Positions 30,106 through 41,928 are shown, counted from the stretch's first letter. The stretch: DNA of 64,000 bases from Candidatus Binatia bacterium (GCA_963666315.2 CAXXHG010000010.1:96001-160000); one strand, 5' to 3'. The notes: generated from the letters alone by a model not told the origin. Numbers and translations: made by a program.

Positions 30106-30738
30106 TTAGACTTTTGAGTACAACTCTACGATCAATTGTTCATTGATAGGCAAAGTAATTTCGGACCGTTCGGGCAACGCACGGACACGTCCAGAAAACG
30201 AGTCCATTTGGACCTCAAGCCATTCCGGAACTCCACGCCGCTGCGCGAGTTCAGCGGATTCTTGGATCCGAGCAATTTTTCGACTCGCCTCACGGACCTG
30301 GATCTCATCTCCGGCTTTCACAGAGTACGAGGGGATCGTCACCCGTCGTCCGTTAACAAGGAAATGACCATGTCGGACAAGCTGGCGAGCTTCTGAACGT
30401 GAGGTAGCGAATCCCATACGATATACCATATTATCAAGCCGACTCTCTAGAAGCACGAGAAGATTTTCACCGGTGATCCCGCGTCCACGCTCCGCACGCG
30501 CAAAGAGTCGACGGAAGGGGCCTTCGAGAGTACCGTACATACGCTTCAGTTTTTGCTTTTCTCGTAACTGGACATGATACTCTGTCGGCTTCCGGCCCCG
30601 TGCCTGACCATGCTGTCCAGGCGGATAGCCCCGTCTCTCGATCCCACATTTATCGGTATAACACCGTTCGCCTTTGAGGAAGAGTTTGAGTCCCTCCCGG
30701 CGGCACAGGCGACAAGCCGGCCCTCTATATCGTGCCAC
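30106..30738 (-). CDS. rpsD: 30S ribosomal protein S4 (Cys/Zn type)
   Basis: [31 protein letters not shown]. Confidence 0.97.
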   Translation of the reverse strand: MARYRGPACRLCRREGLKLFLKGERCYTDKCGIERRGYPPGQHGQARGRKPTEYHVQLREKQKLKRMYGTLEGPFRRLFARAERGRGITGENLLVLLESRLDNMVYRMGFATSRSEARQLVRHGHFLVNGRRVTIPSYSVKAGDEIQVREASRKIARIQESAELAQRRGVPEWLEVQMDSFSGRVRALPERSEITLPINEQLIVELYSKV

Positions 30739-30791
30739 AAAAACCTCCAGATCCTTGCATTGGTCTGATGACCTCCACTCCCTCTCCTCTG

Positions 30792-31190
30792 TTAAACACG
30801 ACGACGCTTTGGAGGTCGACAGCCATTATGAGGGATGGGCGTCACATCTCGAATGAGGCTGACCGCAAATCCAGCTGATTGGAGGGCACGCAGGGCAGAT
30901 TCTCTCCCTGCTCCAGGCCCCTTCACATGCACCTGAACCGAGCGCATACCTGAATCGACAGCCTTACGTGCCGCGCTTTCTGCTGCCATTTGTGCTGCAA
31001 ATGGCGTCCCTTTGCGTGACCCTTTAAATCCAACACTACCCGCACTGGCCCACGCAACAACATTTCCTTTCGGGTCAGCAATCGTCACGATCGTATTATT
31101 GAAAGTCGAATGAATATTCACGACACCTTCGGGGACGTTCCTTCGAATCTTTTTCTTCCGCGCTGTAGCGCGGTCAGCAGCTCTTGCCAT
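30792..31190 (-). CDS. rpsK: 30S ribosomal protein S11
   Basis: [25 protein letters not shown]. Confidence 0.97.
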   Translation of the reverse strand: MARAADRATARKKKIRRNVPEGVVNIHSTFNNTIVTIADPKGNVVAWASAGSVGFKGSRKGTPFAAQMAAESAARKAVDSGMRSVQVHVKGPGAGRESALRALQSAGFAVSLIRDVTPIPHNGCRPPKRRRV

Positions 31191-31216
31191 GCGTCTCTCC
31201 TCAGCTCTGCCACGAA

Positions 31217-31600
31217 CTACTTCGGTGTAGGTGCGACCTTCCTCACCACGGCTGTGCGGCGAGGCCCTTTCCTGGTTCGGGAGTTGTTTTTTGTCTTCTG
31301 GCCTCGGACTGGCAGGTTGCGTCGATGCCGCAATCCCCGGTACGCACCAACCTCAATATAGTGCTTAATGTGACCAGCCACCTCCCGCCGCAGGTCACCT
31401 TCGACCCGATACCCCTGGTCGATCGCACGCCGTATGTCTGCGATCTCATCGTCGGCCAGCACATCCGAATTGGTGTCTTCGCCCACTCCAGCTTCCGCTA
31501 AAATTTTGAGAGCAGTCAGCCTCCCAATCCCATAGATATAGGTAAGGCCGATACCAATCTTCTTATTGCGCGGCAATTCTATCCCGGCAATACGCGCCAT
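31217..31600 (-). CDS. rpsM: 30S ribosomal protein S13
   Basis: [20 protein letters not shown]. Confidence 0.97.
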   Translation of the reverse strand: MARIAGIELPRNKKIGIGLTYIYGIGRLTALKILAEAGVGEDTNSDVLADDEIADIRRAIDQGYRVEGDLRREVAGHIKHYIEVGAYRGLRHRRNLPVRGQKTKNNSRTRKGPRRTAVVRKVAPTPK

Positions 31601-31643
31601 ACTATTTCTCCGTCTTCTTCACTCAGTTTGGGAGGGCTTACCT

Positions 31644-31757
31644 TTAGCCCTGCCGCTGTTTATGACGAGGGTTTTCGCAAATGATACGAATAATCCCCTT
31701 GCGCCGAATGATTTTACACTTCCGACACATCGTTTTCACTGAAGCGCGAACTTTCAT
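31644..31757 (-). CDS. rpmJ: 50S ribosomal protein L36
   Basis: Hand-translated [37 protein letters not shown] (below the ORF-track cutoff). Confidence 0.95.
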   Translation of the reverse strand: MKVRASVKTMCRKCKIIRRKGIIRIICENPRHKQRQG

Positions 31758-31812
31758 AGGAACCTCATTCTCTTTCTCGACCAGCAATCCCGCACTGTCA
31801 TGACCTGCAGCC

Positions 31813-32580
31813 CTAAATCCGACTTAAAACGGCTGGGCCGTCAGCAGTAATGGCAACCGAGTGTTCAAAATGGGCGGAGATGCTGCCATCTTTTGTTACG
31901 GCAGTCCATCCATCATCTAACATCGCAACCTCTGCCCCGCCCATATTGACCATAGGTTCAATGGCGATAACCATTCCTTCGCGGAGGCGGACTCCACGAT
32001 TCCGTGTCCCATAATTTGGGACAGGTGGATCTTCGTGTAATCTCCGTCCTACCCCATGGCCGACAAACTCTCGGACAACGGAAAACCCGGCCCTCTCGAC
32101 ACACTCTTGGACTGCGGCAGAGATGTCACCCAAACGATTTCCTACGCAGGCATGCTTCATCCCTATTTCAAGAGCCATCGAGGTTGTTTCTAGTAGCTGC
32201 TGGACGGAACGATCAACTTTCCCAACCGCAAAAGACACGGCAGCGTCACCATAAAAGCCTCTATACACTACACCAAAATCCAAGCTGACAATATCCCCAT
32301 CTTTGATGCTCCGATGTGGAGACGGGATACCATGGACGATTTCGTTATTGAGCGAAATACAGATTGTCGCAGGAAAAGGGACTGAGCCGTTCCGGATGGT
32401 ATACCCCTGAAACGCAGATTTTGCTCCTCGTTGCCGAATATATTCGGCTGCTATTCTATCAACTTCACCAGTCGTGGTCCCCGGACGGACCTGTAGTCGC
32501 AGTTCTGCAAGAATCTCGGAAACAATGCGATTGGCAGCCCGCATTATTTCTATCTCTTCAAGAGACTTAATAAAGATCAT
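31813..32580 (-). CDS. map: Methionine aminopeptidase type I
   Basis: [31 protein letters not shown]. Confidence 0.96.
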   Translation of the reverse strand: MIFIKSLEEIEIMRAANRIVSEILAELRLQVRPGTTTGEVDRIAAEYIRQRGAKSAFQGYTIRNGSVPFPATICISLNNEIVHGIPSPHRSIKDGDIVSLDFGVVYRGFYGDAAVSFAVGKVDRSVQQLLETTSMALEIGMKHACVGNRLGDISAAVQECVERAGFSVVREFVGHGVGRRLHEDPPVPNYGTRNRGVRLREGMVIAIEPMVNMGGAEVAMLDDGWTAVTKDGSISAHFEHSVAITADGPAVLSRI

Positions 32581-32660
32581 CGAAGGAAGAAATCAAACCG
32601 GAAAATCATAGCCGTTTCTCACAGAGTAAATTCTCTACTCCTTCGTCCACTCTTTTTACC

Positions 32661-33971
32661 CTATCCGCGTCGTCCTCTCAGGCGGCCACGCTTCATGAAG
32701 CCTTCATAGTTTCGCATAATCAGCTGGGTTTCAATCTGGGCCACGGTATCCAGCGCAACCCCAACAACGATCAGCAGTGCAGTCCCACCAAAGAAAAACG
32801 GCACATTAAAGGCTCCAACCAGAAGGTTGGGCAAAACACAAACAATCGCAACGTAAATAGCCCCAGCCAAAGTAATTCTACTGAGGACACGGTCAATATA
32901 GTCTGCCGTCCGCTGCCCAGGACGGATGCCTGGTATGAATCCGCCATTTTTTTTCATATTGTCGGCAACATCGACCGGATTGAACACCACTGCAGTATAG
33001 AAATAACAAAAGAAGATAATCATCGCGACATAACTGAGATTATAGACCGAACTACCCGGAGTCAGCAGGTTTGCAACTGTCTGCGCCCACGGATGTTCGG
33101 CAAAACCGGCAATCGTAGCCGGAAAAATCAAGACTGAAGAAGCAAAAATCGGCGGGATGACTCCGGCCGTATTCACTTTGAGCGGGAGATGCGAACTCTG
33201 ACCGCCATAGACCCGCCTGCCAACAACACGTTTCGCATATTGCACAGGAATCCGGCGCTGCCCACGTTCCATAAAGATCACTGCCGCAACTAAGGCAGCC
33301 ATGCCCACCAGCAGCACGAGGAGCAAAAGAATACCGAGCTCCCCTTCTCGAACAAACTCCGTGGTCGCCGTTACAGCCGACGGAATACTAGAAACGATCC
33401 CAGCAAAGATAATCAGCGAGATACCGTTTCCAACTCCACGTTCGGTAATCTGCTCACCCAGCCACATGATGAAAGCAGTTCCGGCAGCAAGAGTAATCAT
33501 CGTCATCAGGCGGAATTCCCAGCCGGGGTTAAAGACGACCGAGCTCCCGCCCGGTGCCTGGATCTGCTCAAGCCCAATACTAATGAAGAGGCCCTGAAGC
33601 AGTGCTAATCCAACCGTGCTATAGCGCGTGTACTGTGTGATCTTCCGGCGGCCCTGTTCGCCTTCTTTTGACAAGCGTTCAAGCGTAGGAAGAACCACGG
33701 TAAGGAGCTGAAAAATAATTGAGGCACTGATATAGGGCATAATGCCCAGTGCGAATATGGAGAACCGCTCGAGCGCCCCGCCAGAGAAGAGGTTGACCAT
33801 GCCAAATACGGTGCTGGCCGCCTGTTCAAAGAAGGCGGATAAGGCCTCTCCATCAATGCCCGGAGTCGGAATCGCGACACCCACACGGTAGATCGCGAGT
33901 ATGGCGAACGTAAAAAGGAGACGGCGGCGTAGATCGGAAACCTTCGCCACATTTTGTAGCCCTTCGAGCAT
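32661..33971 (-). CDS. secY: Preprotein translocase SecY
   Basis: SIFALGIMPYISASI, GNGISLIIF, GGFIPGIRPG. Confidence 0.97.
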   Translation of the reverse strand: MLEGLQNVAKVSDLRRRLLFTFAILAIYRVGVAIPTPGIDGEALSAFFEQAASTVFGMVNLFSGGALERFSIFALGIMPYISASIIFQLLTVVLPTLERLSKEGEQGRRKITQYTRYSTVGLALLQGLFISIGLEQIQAPGGSSVVFNPGWEFRLMTMITLAAGTAFIMWLGEQITERGVGNGISLIIFAGIVSSIPSAVTATTEFVREGELGILLLLVLLVGMAALVAAVIFMERGQRRIPVQYAKRVVGRRVYGGQSSHLPLKVNTAGVIPPIFASSVLIFPATIAGFAEHPWAQTVANLLTPGSSVYNLSYVAMIIFFCYFYTAVVFNPVDVADNMKKNGGFIPGIRPGQRTADYIDRVLSRITLAGAIYVAIVCVLPNLLVGAFNVPFFFGGTALLIVVGVALDTVAQIETQLIMRNYEGFMKRGRLRGRRG

Positions 33972-33973
33972 GG

Positions 33974-34415
33974 CTAGCCGACCTCAGCCGTCCCTCCAAG
34001 AGCGGTAATTTTTTCACGGGCCTGAGCACTGAAAAGCGTGTGCTTTTATCGTCAGCGCTTTAGTCAATGTACCGTTAGCCAAAATTTTCACTTTCTTCTT
34101 CCGTCCACGAACAAGTCCTGTGCTGCGGAAAACCTCAGGGTCAATGACCGCCCCCGTCTCAAAGCGTTCAAGGCTACCAAGGTTGATGATAGAATATTCC
34201 TCTCGGAAGGGGTTATGAAACCCACGCTTTGGCAGCCTGCGGGAGAGCGGCATTTGCCCCCCTTCATACCCGGGTGGAATACTCCCTCCGGCACGCGCTC
34301 CGCTGCCTTTATGCCCCCTGCCTGCAGTTTTGCCAAGTCCAGAGCCGAGGCCGCGGCCCAGCCTTTTCCGTTTTTTCATCGCCCCGGCGGCGGGCTTGAG
34401 ATTACTAAGATCCAT
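33974..34415 (-). CDS. rplO: 50S ribosomal protein L15, with an apparent +1 frameshift near the 3' end
   Basis: GRGLGSGLGKTAGRGHKG, EGGQMPL. Removing one T from the T4 run at 34032-34035 gives AHAFSAQAREKITALGGTAEVG* (146 aa). Confidence 0.9.
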
Positions 34416-34608
34416 GTTTCTCTACCTCAATCAGATGGAGCACCCGCTGAATCATCCCCTGTAGCGAGGGTGAGTCGTGGCGGAGCACGGTTTTCCCAAG
34501 CCGAGTCAGACCAAGACCACGCAGGGTTTCCCGCTGCCGTCGAGTCCCGCCAATGCCACTCCGCTTGAGCGTAATGGCTAAGACTTTTCCCTGCCCATCG
34601 TCTGCCAT
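34405..34608 (-). CDS. rpmD: 50S ribosomal protein L30
   Basis: ITLKRSGIG, TLRGLGL; position between rpsE and rplO. Confidence 0.93.
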   Translation of the reverse strand: MADDGQGKVLAITLKRSGIGGTRRQRETLRGLGLTRLGKTVLRHDSPSLQGMIQRVLHLIEVEKHGS

Positions 34609-34611
34609 GAC

Positions 34612-35124
34612 CTACCCTTTCATCTCGGCGAGACTCTTCCCTCTTCGCCGTGCAACTTGCTCGGGACCATCCAGACTTTGGAGCGCAGCCAGCGTAGCCT
34701 TCACTGAATTATGCGGATTGGTAGATCCAAGACATTTGGTAAGCGCATTCCGCACTCCGGCAAGTTCCATCACAATCCGAACGCCCCCTCCCGCAATCAG
34801 GCCAGTTCCAGGGGAGGCCGGCTTGAGCAATACTTTCCCGGCACCATGTTTCCCGATCACCGCGTAGGGCAAGGTATCCTCTACGAGTGGAACTCGGATC
34901 AGTGATTTTTTCGCCTGTTCAGCACCCTTGCGGATCGCCTCAGGCACCTCGTGTGCTTTTCCTAACCCATATCCAACGTGCCCCGCTCCATCTCCAGCCA
35001 CTACGACGGCACTAAAACTGAAGCGGCGGCCCCCTTTGACCACTTTACTCACGCGGTTAATGTGAACAACTCTCTCCTGAAGATCGAGATCATCCGGATT
35101 AATCTGATCGTCGTCTGGACTCAC
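34612..35124 (-). CDS. rpsE: 30S ribosomal protein S5
   Basis: [16 protein letters not shown]. Confidence 0.97.
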   Translation of the reverse strand: MSPDDDQINPDDLDLQERVVHINRVSKVVKGGRRFSFSAVVVAGDGAGHVGYGLGKAHEVPEAIRKGAEQAKKSLIRVPLVEDTLPYAVIGKHGAGKVLLKPASPGTGLIAGGGVRIVMELAGVRNALTKCLGSTNPHNSVKATLAALQSLDGPEQVARRRGKSLAEMKG

Positions 35125-35135
35125 TATCCGCCTCC

Positions 35136-35507
35136 TTAGAATTGCAAACCAGCCTCCAGCGCAGCCTCAGCAACTGCACGGATCCGGCCATGAAAGAGAA
35201 ACCCATTGCGATCAAATACAACCGTATGTATGCCTCGCTCTTGGCATTTTTTGGCAATGAGCTGTCCCACTTCTTTTGCAGCAGAGACTGTTGCTGTTTT
35301 CGCTTTGATACTGTCTTTGAGTTCAGCAGATAGAGTGGACACTGCGGCCAGCGCGCGGCCACTCTCATCCGAAATAACCTGGGCGTAGAGGTGCTTATTA
35401 CTACGATACACGCAGAGGCGTGGCCGTGAGTCTGTCCCCCGGACCTGTCTCCGGATACGCCTTTGACGGAGTAAACGGCTCCGCTTGCGAGGGTTCATCC
35501 CTGCCAT
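35136..35507 (-). CDS. rplR: 50S ribosomal protein L18
   Basis: [24 protein letters not shown]. Confidence 0.96.
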   Translation of the reverse strand: MAGMNPRKRSRLLRQRRIRRQVRGTDSRPRLCVYRSNKHLYAQVISDESGRALAAVSTLSAELKDSIKAKTATVSAAKEVGQLIAKKCQERGIHTVVFDRNGFLFHGRIRAVAEAALEAGLQF

Positions 35508-35513
35508 ATATTC

Positions 35514-36068
35514 TTATCCTCCTGCACCAGCGCTCGCAGCCGTCTTTCCGGCTTTTCTGCGTACTTTTTCATCGGCGTATCGAATCCCTTTCCCCTTATA
35601 GGGCTCCGGCGGACGCAGCCGACGAATGGATGCCGCCACCTCCCCGACAAGCTGCTTATCAATGCCTTCAATCGTAATGCGCGTCTGACGGTCAACTTGT
35701 ACACTCACCCCGGTCGGGAGCTGAAAGAAGATAGGATGAGAAAACCCGAGGCTCAGCTGTATAATATTCTTTGCCGTATCCGCTCGATACCCGACTCCAT
35801 TAATCTCCAAGATCCTGGAGAACCCGACAGAAACGCCCTGGAGTGCATTGGCGATGAGCCGACGCGTTAATCCCAGGAGCTCTTTGGAGCGACGTGATTC
35901 GTCGGCCCGACTCAACGCCACCGCGCCATCGGCGATTTCTACTGCCAGTACTGGATCTACGGCCACCTGCAGTTTGCCCTTCGGCCCTTCTGCGGTCAGG
36001 GTCTCCAGATCATGTACGACTTTCACTTTATCGGGTATGGCAACCGGCTTGTGCCCAAGACCAGACAT
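35514..36068 (-). CDS. rplF: 50S ribosomal protein L6
   Basis: GVGYRA, LGFSHP, PEPYKGKGIRY. Confidence 0.96.
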   Translation of the reverse strand: MSGLGHKPVAIPDKVKVVHDLETLTAEGPKGKLQVAVDPVLAVEIADGAVALSRADESRRSKELLGLTRRLIANALQGVSVGFSRILEINGVGYRADTAKNIIQLSLGFSHPIFFQLPTGVSVQVDRQTRITIEGIDKQLVGEVAASIRRLRPPEPYKGKGIRYADEKVRRKAGKTAASAGAGG

Positions 36069-36104
36069 GAGTTATTTCCTTATTTGCGGTATTGGCGTTC
36101 TGCT

Positions 36105-36500
36105 CTACCACACACTGCATAAGACTTCTCCACCAACATGAAGATGACGGGCTTCACGGTCAGCGAGCACGCCTCGAGAGGTGGAAAGAATATTCACGCC
36201 AAGGCTGTTCCGTACAGTCGGAATAGCATCCGCCTTCACGTAGGTTCGTAGGCTCGGCTTACTGACGCGCTTCAGCCCGCGCAGCGCCGGCTGGCCGGCG
36301 GCATCATACTTGAGTCCAAGCTTGAGGTGCGGGAATCCATTTTTTTCAACAACACGATAATCCAGGATGAACCCCTCCGCCACCAAGATACGCACGACGG
36401 CTTCCTTCACACGTGATCGAGGAATCGAGACATATTCCTTACGGGCCCGGAGGGCGTTACGCACACAGGTTAATAGATCTGCAATAGGGTCAGTTTGCAT
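36105..36500 (-). CDS. rpsH: 30S ribosomal protein S8
   Basis: TDPIADLLT, STSRG, GGEVLCSVW; start set at ATG36500. Confidence 0.96.
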   Translation of the reverse strand: MQTDPIADLLTCVRNALRARKEYVSIPRSRVKEAVVRILVAEGFILDYRVVEKNGFPHLKLGLKYDAAGQPALRGLKRVSKPSLRTYVKADAIPTVRNSLGVNILSTSRGVLADREARHLHVGGEVLCSVW

Positions 36501-36511
36501 ACATCTCTTTC

Positions 36512-36697
36512 CTACCAACTGGCCTTCGTCATACCAGGAATCTGGCCCTTAAGGGCATGGGTTCGCAGACAGATACGACACATGCGAAACCGGCGATAAA
36601 ATGCTCGAGCGCGTCCACATAAAGGGCAACGGTTATATGCGCGGACACGAAATTTGGACTGCCGCTGCGCTTTGACTCGTAAACATGTTCGTGCCAT
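36512..36697 (-). CDS. rpsN: 30S ribosomal protein S14 type Z
   Basis: 61 aa, RCPLCGR...CRIC, KASW. Confidence 0.96.
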   Translation of the reverse strand: MARTCLRVKAQRQSKFRVRAYNRCPLCGRARAFYRRFRMCRICLRTHALKGQIPGMTKASW

Positions 36698-36702
36698 AGA
36701 TC

Positions 36703-37242
36703 CTAGCTCCGAAAAGGCATACCCAGGGCACGTAGTAACGTACGTCCCTCAGCATCTGTTTTAGCCGTTGTTACCATAGTAATAGTGAATCCTTTGATCT
36801 GCTCGACTTTGTCAAGGTTTATCTCAGGAAAAATGATATGTTCACGAATGCCAAGCGAGTAGTTGCCCCGACCGTCAAAAGAACGATCTGAGATTCCGCG
36901 GAAGTCTCGGACACGGGGAAGCGCAACGTTGACTAAGCGGTCAAAAAACTCATACATCCGCTCCCCGCGTAGCGTCACTGCGCAACCGATCGTCATTCCT
37001 TCACGCAGCTTAAAATTCGCAATGGATTTATGGGCGCGAGTCACAATAGGCTTTTGTCCCGCAATGAGCGCAATTTCTTCAACGCTGCTTTCAAGTAATT
37101 TGGTATTGTTGGCAGCCTCACCGAGCCCCATATTGATCACAATTTTTGTGAGTCGAGGGACCTGCATGATATTCGCATACCCGAGTTCTTGCTTGAGAGC
37201 AGGGCGCATCTGCGTAGAGTAGAGATCTTTAATGCGAGCCAT
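36703..37242 (-). CDS. rplE: 50S ribosomal protein L5
   Basis: [23 protein letters not shown]. Confidence 0.97.
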   Translation of the reverse strand: MARIKDLYSTQMRPALKQELGYANIMQVPRLTKIVINMGLGEAANNTKLLESSVEEIALIAGQKPIVTRAHKSIANFKLREGMTIGCAVTLRGERMYEFFDRLVNVALPRVRDFRGISDRSFDGRGNYSLGIREHIIFPEINLDKVEQIKGFTITMVTTAKTDAEGRTLLRALGMPFRS

Positions 37243-37247
37243 ATTTC

Positions 37248-37562
37248 TTAGTCCAGCACATTCCCAGTGCGACGACTCACACGCATTTTCCGTCCATCAA
37301 CGATCTTGAAACCGACACGTGTAGGACGGCCATCCTGGGGATCAACCAGCATCAAGTTAGAAAGGTGCAGGGAGGCTTCTTTTTCCAGGATGCCTCCAGA
37401 ATCCTGCGGGCTACGGGGCTTGACGTGACGCTTCACCATATTCAGGCGCTCGACAAGTGCCCGGTCTTGCGCAGGAAAGACCCGCATGACTTTCCCTATT
37501 TTTCCGCGTTCTTTTCCGGCGATAACCATCACCGAATCGTTTTTTTTTATGCGCGCTGCCAT
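37248..37562 (-). CDS. rplX: 50S ribosomal protein L24
   Basis: [25 protein letters not shown]. Confidence 0.96.
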   Translation of the reverse strand: MAARIKKNDSVMVIAGKERGKIGKVMRVFPAQDRALVERLNMVKRHVKPRSPQDSGGILEKEASLHLSNLMLVDPQDGRPTRVGFKIVDGRKMRVSRRTGNVLD

Positions 37563-37570
37563 AATCAGCC

Positions 37571-37939
37571 CTAGAGCACCTCAGGGGCCAGAGAAATAAT
37601 TTTCATGAAACGCTTGGCCCGCAACTCCCGAGCCACTGGTCCAAAAATGCGGGTTCCAACCGGCTCACGCTGGTTATCTATGAGAACCGCAGAATTGGTA
37701 TCGAAGCGAATGTATGATCCATCCGGGCGGCCCAGCTCTTTAGCTGTTCTGACCACCACGGCACGTACCACGTCGCCTTTCTTCACGTTCGAGTTGGGGA
37801 TCGCTTCTCTGACGGATACGACGATTTCATCGCCCACGGATGCATATCTCCGCCGCGTCCCGCCCAGGACGCGAATGCAACGCACCCGGCGTGCGCCTGA
37901 ATTATCAGCGACGTCGAGCACTGTTTCGACTTGAACCAT
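37571..37939 (-). CDS. rplN: 50S ribosomal protein L14
   Basis: [26 protein letters not shown]. Confidence 0.97.
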   Translation of the reverse strand: MVQVETVLDVADNSGARRVRCIRVLGGTRRRYASVGDEIVVSVREAIPNSNVKKGDVVRAVVVRTAKELGRPDGSYIRFDTNSAVLIDNQREPVGTRIFGPVARELRAKRFMKIISLAPEVL

Positions 37940-37960
37940 GTGACAACCCTCTTCGTTTCC

Positions 37961-38218
37961 TTACCCAGGAGGCCCCGGCTTCAACACAGTCTGCACCCGC
38001 CAGTGCTTATCTCTACTAAGGGGGCGGATTTCCGTGATAGAAACAAGGTCCCCGGCGTGGCACTGATTTTCCGGATCATGCGCCTTATATTCTTTTTGCT
38101 GACGAATATACTTCTTGTACATAGGATGTCGCACGAGTCGTTCAACTTGGACGACCACCGTTTTATCCATTTTATCACTGACGACGATTCCTTTTCTTAC
38201 CTTCCGATGCCCCGGCAC
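37961..38218 (-). CDS. rpsQ: 30S ribosomal protein S17
   Basis: [20 protein letters not shown]. Confidence 0.96.
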   Translation of the reverse strand: MPGHRKVRKGIVVSDKMDKTVVVQVERLVRHPMYKKYIRQQKEYKAHDPENQCHAGDLVSITEIRPLSRDKHWRVQTVLKPGPPG

Positions 38219-38220
38219 AA

Positions 38221-38430
38221 CTAACTCCGTTCTTTGGTCGTTTCGCGTATGCGTTCGTGTTGTATTGTCTTAATGCGAGCGATGTCCCGGCGAATCTTCC
38301 GCAGCTGCATCGGATCATCCAGCTGTCCCGTCCCCTTCCGCAGGCGCAGACGAAAGAGCTCTTCCCCTAACTCTCGTGCTTTTTCCTGCACCTCAACATC
38401 CGTTAAATCTCGGACCTCACGCGCTCTCAT
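38221..38430 (-). CDS. rpmC: 50S ribosomal protein L29
   Basis: ELFRLR..GQL...RRDIARIKT; start set at ATG38430. Confidence 0.95.
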   Translation of the reverse strand: MRAREVRDLTDVEVQEKARELGEELFRLRLRKGTGQLDDPMQLRKIRRDIARIKTIQHERIRETTKERS

Positions 38431-38845
38431 ACATGGCTCCATGCCGCTCTCGGATTTGCGTACTCATCGGCAGTTTGTTCGCAGCAAGACGTAGCGCCTC
38501 TCGAGCAATATCACGCGGAACCCCTTCAATCTCAAAGAGCATACGACCTGGTTTGACCGGGGCAACCCAAAACTCCGGGGAAGCCTTGCCTTTTCCCATT
38601 CGCGTTTCAGCCGGTTTCTTGGAGACGGGTTTGTCCGGAAAAACGCGGATCCAGATACGCCCGCCACGTCGCACATGACGAGTGAGTGCAATCCGAGCCG
38701 CCTCGATTTGACGTGCCGTCAGCCAGCCACGCTCAAGGGTCTGCAAACCAAAGTCGCCGAATGAGAGGGTTGCCCCGCGTTGCGCATGACCATATATGCG
38801 GCCCCGCTGTTGTTTTCTAAACTTTGTTTTCTTCGGAGCAAGCAT
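38417..38845 (-). CDS. rplP: 50S ribosomal protein L16
   Basis: [24 protein letters not shown]. Confidence 0.97.
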   Translation of the reverse strand: MLAPKKTKFRKQQRGRIYGHAQRGATLSFGDFGLQTLERGWLTARQIEAARIALTRHVRRGGRIWIRVFPDKPVSKKPAETRMGKGKASPEFWVAPVKPGRMLFEIEGVPRDIAREALRLAANKLPMSTQIRERHGAMYESA

Positions 38846-38858
38846 ATCTCGCCGTTCC

Positions 38859-39521
38859 TTACGCGCCCATATTTGTCCGTTGTTGCTCTTCTTCTTTGGT
38901 GAGGATCTCGCCGCGGAAAATCCAGGCCTTCACGCCAATAACCCCAAAGGTGGTCTTTGCTTCCGCAACGCCGTAGCTAATATCCGCACGGAGCGTATGG
39001 AGGGGAACACGCCCCTCACGATACCATTCCGTACGGGCGATCTCAGCACCACCGAGCCGGCCAGAGCAGCGCACCTTTATACCCTGCGCTCCCATCCGGA
39101 TCGCTCGAGCGACACACTCCTTCATGGCGCGTCGAAAGGCCACCCGGCGCTCGAGTTGAAGGGCGACGTTCTCAGAGACCAACTGTCCATCAAGGTCGGG
39201 GCGCCGCACTTCATGGATATTCAAATAGACTTCTCGATCCGTGCTCTGTGTGAGTTCAGTCTTAAGCTTCTCTATCTCTGCTCCCTTTTTCCCGATCACG
39301 ATACCAGGACGGGCAGTATAGATATTGATCTTTGCCTTATTGCCCGCGCGCTCAATCTCAATTTTTGCAATGCCGGCATGATACAGGCGCTTCTTAATAA
39401 ATTTTCGGATGCGAATATCGTCGTGCAGTAACGCAGCATACTCTTTGTCTGCAAACCACCGCGATTCCCATCCTGCAAGAATCCCGACCCGAAATCCTAT
39501 CGGATGTACCTTTTGACCCAT
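38859..39521 (-). CDS. rpsC: 30S ribosomal protein S3
   Basis: [23 protein letters not shown]. Confidence 0.97.
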   Translation of the reverse strand: MGQKVHPIGFRVGILAGWESRWFADKEYAALLHDDIRIRKFIKKRLYHAGIAKIEIERAGNKAKINIYTARPGIVIGKKGAEIEKLKTELTQSTDREVYLNIHEVRRPDLDGQLVSENVALQLERRVAFRRAMKECVARAIRMGAQGIKVRCSGRLGGAEIARTEWYREGRVPLHTLRADISYGVAEAKTTFGVIGVKAWIFRGEILTKEEEQQRTNMGA

Positions 39522-39537
39522 CCTCTTCCTCTTTCGT

Positions 39538-39870
39538 CTATTTCTCGTCTACGACGACGGTAAAATGGCTCGTCCGTTTCCGAATTGGTGTTGCCCGCCC
39601 GTGGGCGCGTGGGATGAAACGTTTTAACGTCGCCCCACCATCAATAGTCGCGTGTTTAATATACAACGTATCCGGATCGACATTTTGCGTATCAGTTGCG
39701 TTCGCAATGGCAGACTGTACTGTTTTCAGAAGAACGCGTGCCGCCTTCTTCTGGGAGAAACGGAGTATCAATAACGCCTCTTCGACCTGCTTCCCACGGA
39801 TAAGGTCGGCGACTAAGCGTGCTTTCCGCGGGGCCATCCTCACATGACGGGTAATTGCCCGAACCTCCAT
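39538..39870 (-). CDS. rplV: 50S ribosomal protein L22
   Basis: [20 protein letters not shown]. Confidence 0.97.
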   Translation of the reverse strand: MEVRAITRHVRMAPRKARLVADLIRGKQVEEALLILRFSQKKAARVLLKTVQSAIANATDTQNVDPDTLYIKHATIDGGATLKRFIPRAHGRATPIRKRTSHFTVVVDEK

Positions 39871-39882
39871 AACCAGTCCCCT

Positions 39883-40167
39883 CTATCTCCTTCTAACGTC
39901 GCCCTTTTTATCCCCCGCATGCCCGTAAAAAGTCCGGGTTGGAGAGAATTCTCCAAGCTTATGGCCAACCATATTTTCGGTAACATAGACAGGTATGAAT
40001 TTTCTTCCATTGTGGACGGCGAAGGTCAGCCCTATCATCTCGGGCAGAATAGTTGAACGCCGCGACCAGGTCTTAATCACCTTTTTATCTCCGCTGTGCA
40101 ACGCGCTTTCAACCTTCCCGAGCAGGTGGTCGTCAATGAACGGGCCTTTTTTGACTGAACGGGGCAT
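39883..40167 (-). CDS. rpsS: 30S ribosomal protein S19
   Basis: [18 protein letters not shown]. Confidence 0.97.
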   Translation of the reverse strand: MPRSVKKGPFIDDHLLGKVESALHSGDKKVIKTWSRRSTILPEMIGLTFAVHNGRKFIPVYVTENMVGHKLGEFSPTRTFYGHAGDKKGDVRRR

Positions 40168-40168
40168 C

Positions 40169-40996
40169 TTATTTCTTTCTCTTTTGTACGATGTATTTGT
40201 CCGACTTTACGTTGCGCCGCGTTTTATACCCTTTAGCCAGCACGCCCCAGGGGCTCATTGGATGGTTGCCCTTACTGCGCCCCTCGCCCCCTCCCATCGG
40301 ATGGTCGACAGGATTCATGGCAATTCCGCGCACGCGAGGACGACGCCCGAACCAGCGCGTACGGCCGGCCTTGCCGTAGGTGACATTCTCATGATCAAGG
40401 TTCCCAACCTGGCCTATGGTAGCTTTACAATTTTGATGCGTCATCCGCATTTCACCTGAAGGAAGTTTTACCGTCGCGTAGGCACCTTCTTTCGCCATGA
40501 GTCGTGCCGACGTCCCGGCACTCCTGACAATTTGCCCGCCTTTGCCGATCTTCAGCTCGATATTGTGGATTATCGTCCCAACAGGAATCCGACGCAGGGG
40601 TAAACAATTCCCGGGACGGATGTCTGCCGCTTCGCCTGACATCACCATATCCCCGACAACAAGACCAACGGGGGCAAGGATATACCGCTTCTCGCCGTCA
40701 ACATAATGTAACAAAGCAAGACGGGCGGAACGGTTGGGATCGTATTCAATGGCTGCAACCTTCGCACCGACACCATCTTTATCGCGACGAAAGTCTATCA
40801 CACGGTAGCGTCGCTTGTGGCCCCCACCTCGGTGCAGCACCGTGAGTCGGCCACGATTATTCCGCCCGCCATGCTTATGCAGTGGGGCCAGCAAGGATCG
40901 CTCTGGATGCTTTTTTGTTTTCGTAATGTCCTGAAAACTAGACACACTCTGGAACCGTCTTCCAGCAGAAGTCGGTTTATACTGCCGTACAGCCAC
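40169..40996 (-). CDS. rplB: 50S ribosomal protein L2
   Basis: [21 protein letters not shown]. Confidence 0.97.
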   Translation of the reverse strand: MAVRQYKPTSAGRRFQSVSSFQDITKTKKHPERSLLAPLHKHGGRNNRGRLTVLHRGGGHKRRYRVIDFRRDKDGVGAKVAAIEYDPNRSARLALLHYVDGEKRYILAPVGLVVGDMVMSGEAADIRPGNCLPLRRIPVGTIIHNIELKIGKGGQIVRSAGTSARLMAKEGAYATVKLPSGEMRMTHQNCKATIGQVGNLDHENVTYGKAGRTRWFGRRPRVRGIAMNPVDHPMGGGEGRSKGNHPMSPWGVLAKGYKTRRNVKSDKYIVQKRKK

Positions 40997-40999
40997 CGG

Positions 41000-41287
41000 T
41001 TATGCTCCTTCGAAGAAGTCGATGCGGTCACCTTCCCGCAACGTCACGTAGGCTTTTTTCCATGCAGACTTCCGGCCTTGAGACCGACCAACTCGACGAT
41101 TTTTCCCAAGGTATTGCATCGTTCGGACCTGTTTCACTTTGACATTAAAAAGCATTTCTACCGCGTCTCGAATGCTGACTTTATTGGCCTGAGGACGAAC
41201 TCGAAAAACCACCTGGTTCCCCACCTCATTAGCAAGGGTGGACTTCTCAGTGATTAATGGAGCGACAAGCACAGAGTAGACATCCAT
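41000..41287 (-). CDS. rplW: 50S ribosomal protein L23
   Basis: PLITEKS, WKKAYVTL. Confidence 0.96.
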   Translation of the reverse strand: MDVYSVLVAPLITEKSTLANEVGNQVVFRVRPQANKVSIRDAVEMLFNVKVKQVRTMQYLGKNRRVGRSQGRKSAWKKAYVTLREGDRIDFFEGA

Positions 41288-41289
41288 AA

Positions 41290-41925
41290 TTAGCCGAGCC
41301 TTTCGCTCACCTGCTCCAGAGCCGTCCGCGTAAAAAGGGTTTTCCGATACCGAAGCAAGTCATACACATTGAGCCCCGGGCTCAAGAGGACCTTCACTCC
41401 CGGTAAATTTCGCGCAGATTTCTGCACATTCACATCCGCTTCGGCCAAGACAATCAGTACACTAGTCCCCATATCGAGTTGGGACAGCAGCGCTATCATC
41501 TGCTTGGTTTTTGGTTGAGCAAATTCGATCGTATCAACAACCACGAGCTCCTCTTGGCGCAATTTCAGTGCTAACACCGACCGCAACGCGGTCTTGCGCG
41601 CCGACCGAGGTAAACGATAGGCGTATGATCGTGGCTGTGGGCCAAATACTGTCCCCCCACCGACCCAGATAGGGGATCGATTACTCCCCGCCCGAGCACG
41701 GCCCGTTCCTTTTTGCCGCCACGGCTTTTTCCCTCCGCCACGCACCTGACTCCGGGTCTTGGTTGCTGCGGTGCCGGAGCGCCGGTTCGCCAATTGCATT
41801 TTGACCATTTCATACAATAAATGTTCACGCTGGGGTTGGTCTACGATCACAGCCGGGAGCTCAAGCTCGCCAACAGTTTCACGCTGGACGGAGAGAACAG
41901 GGATGCGTGTTACCTGAGCTCCCAT
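41290..41925 (-). CDS. rplD: 50S ribosomal protein L4
   Basis: [22 protein letters not shown]. Confidence 0.97.
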   Translation of the reverse strand: MGAQVTRIPVLSVQRETVGELELPAVIVDQPQREHLLYEMVKMQLANRRSGTAATKTRSQVRGGGKKPWRQKGTGRARAGSNRSPIWVGGGTVFGPQPRSYAYRLPRSARKTALRSVLALKLRQEELVVVDTIEFAQPKTKQMIALLSQLDMGTSVLIVLAEADVNVQKSARNLPGVKVLLSPGLNVYDLLRYRKTLFTRTALEQVSERLG

Positions 41926-41928
41926 AGG

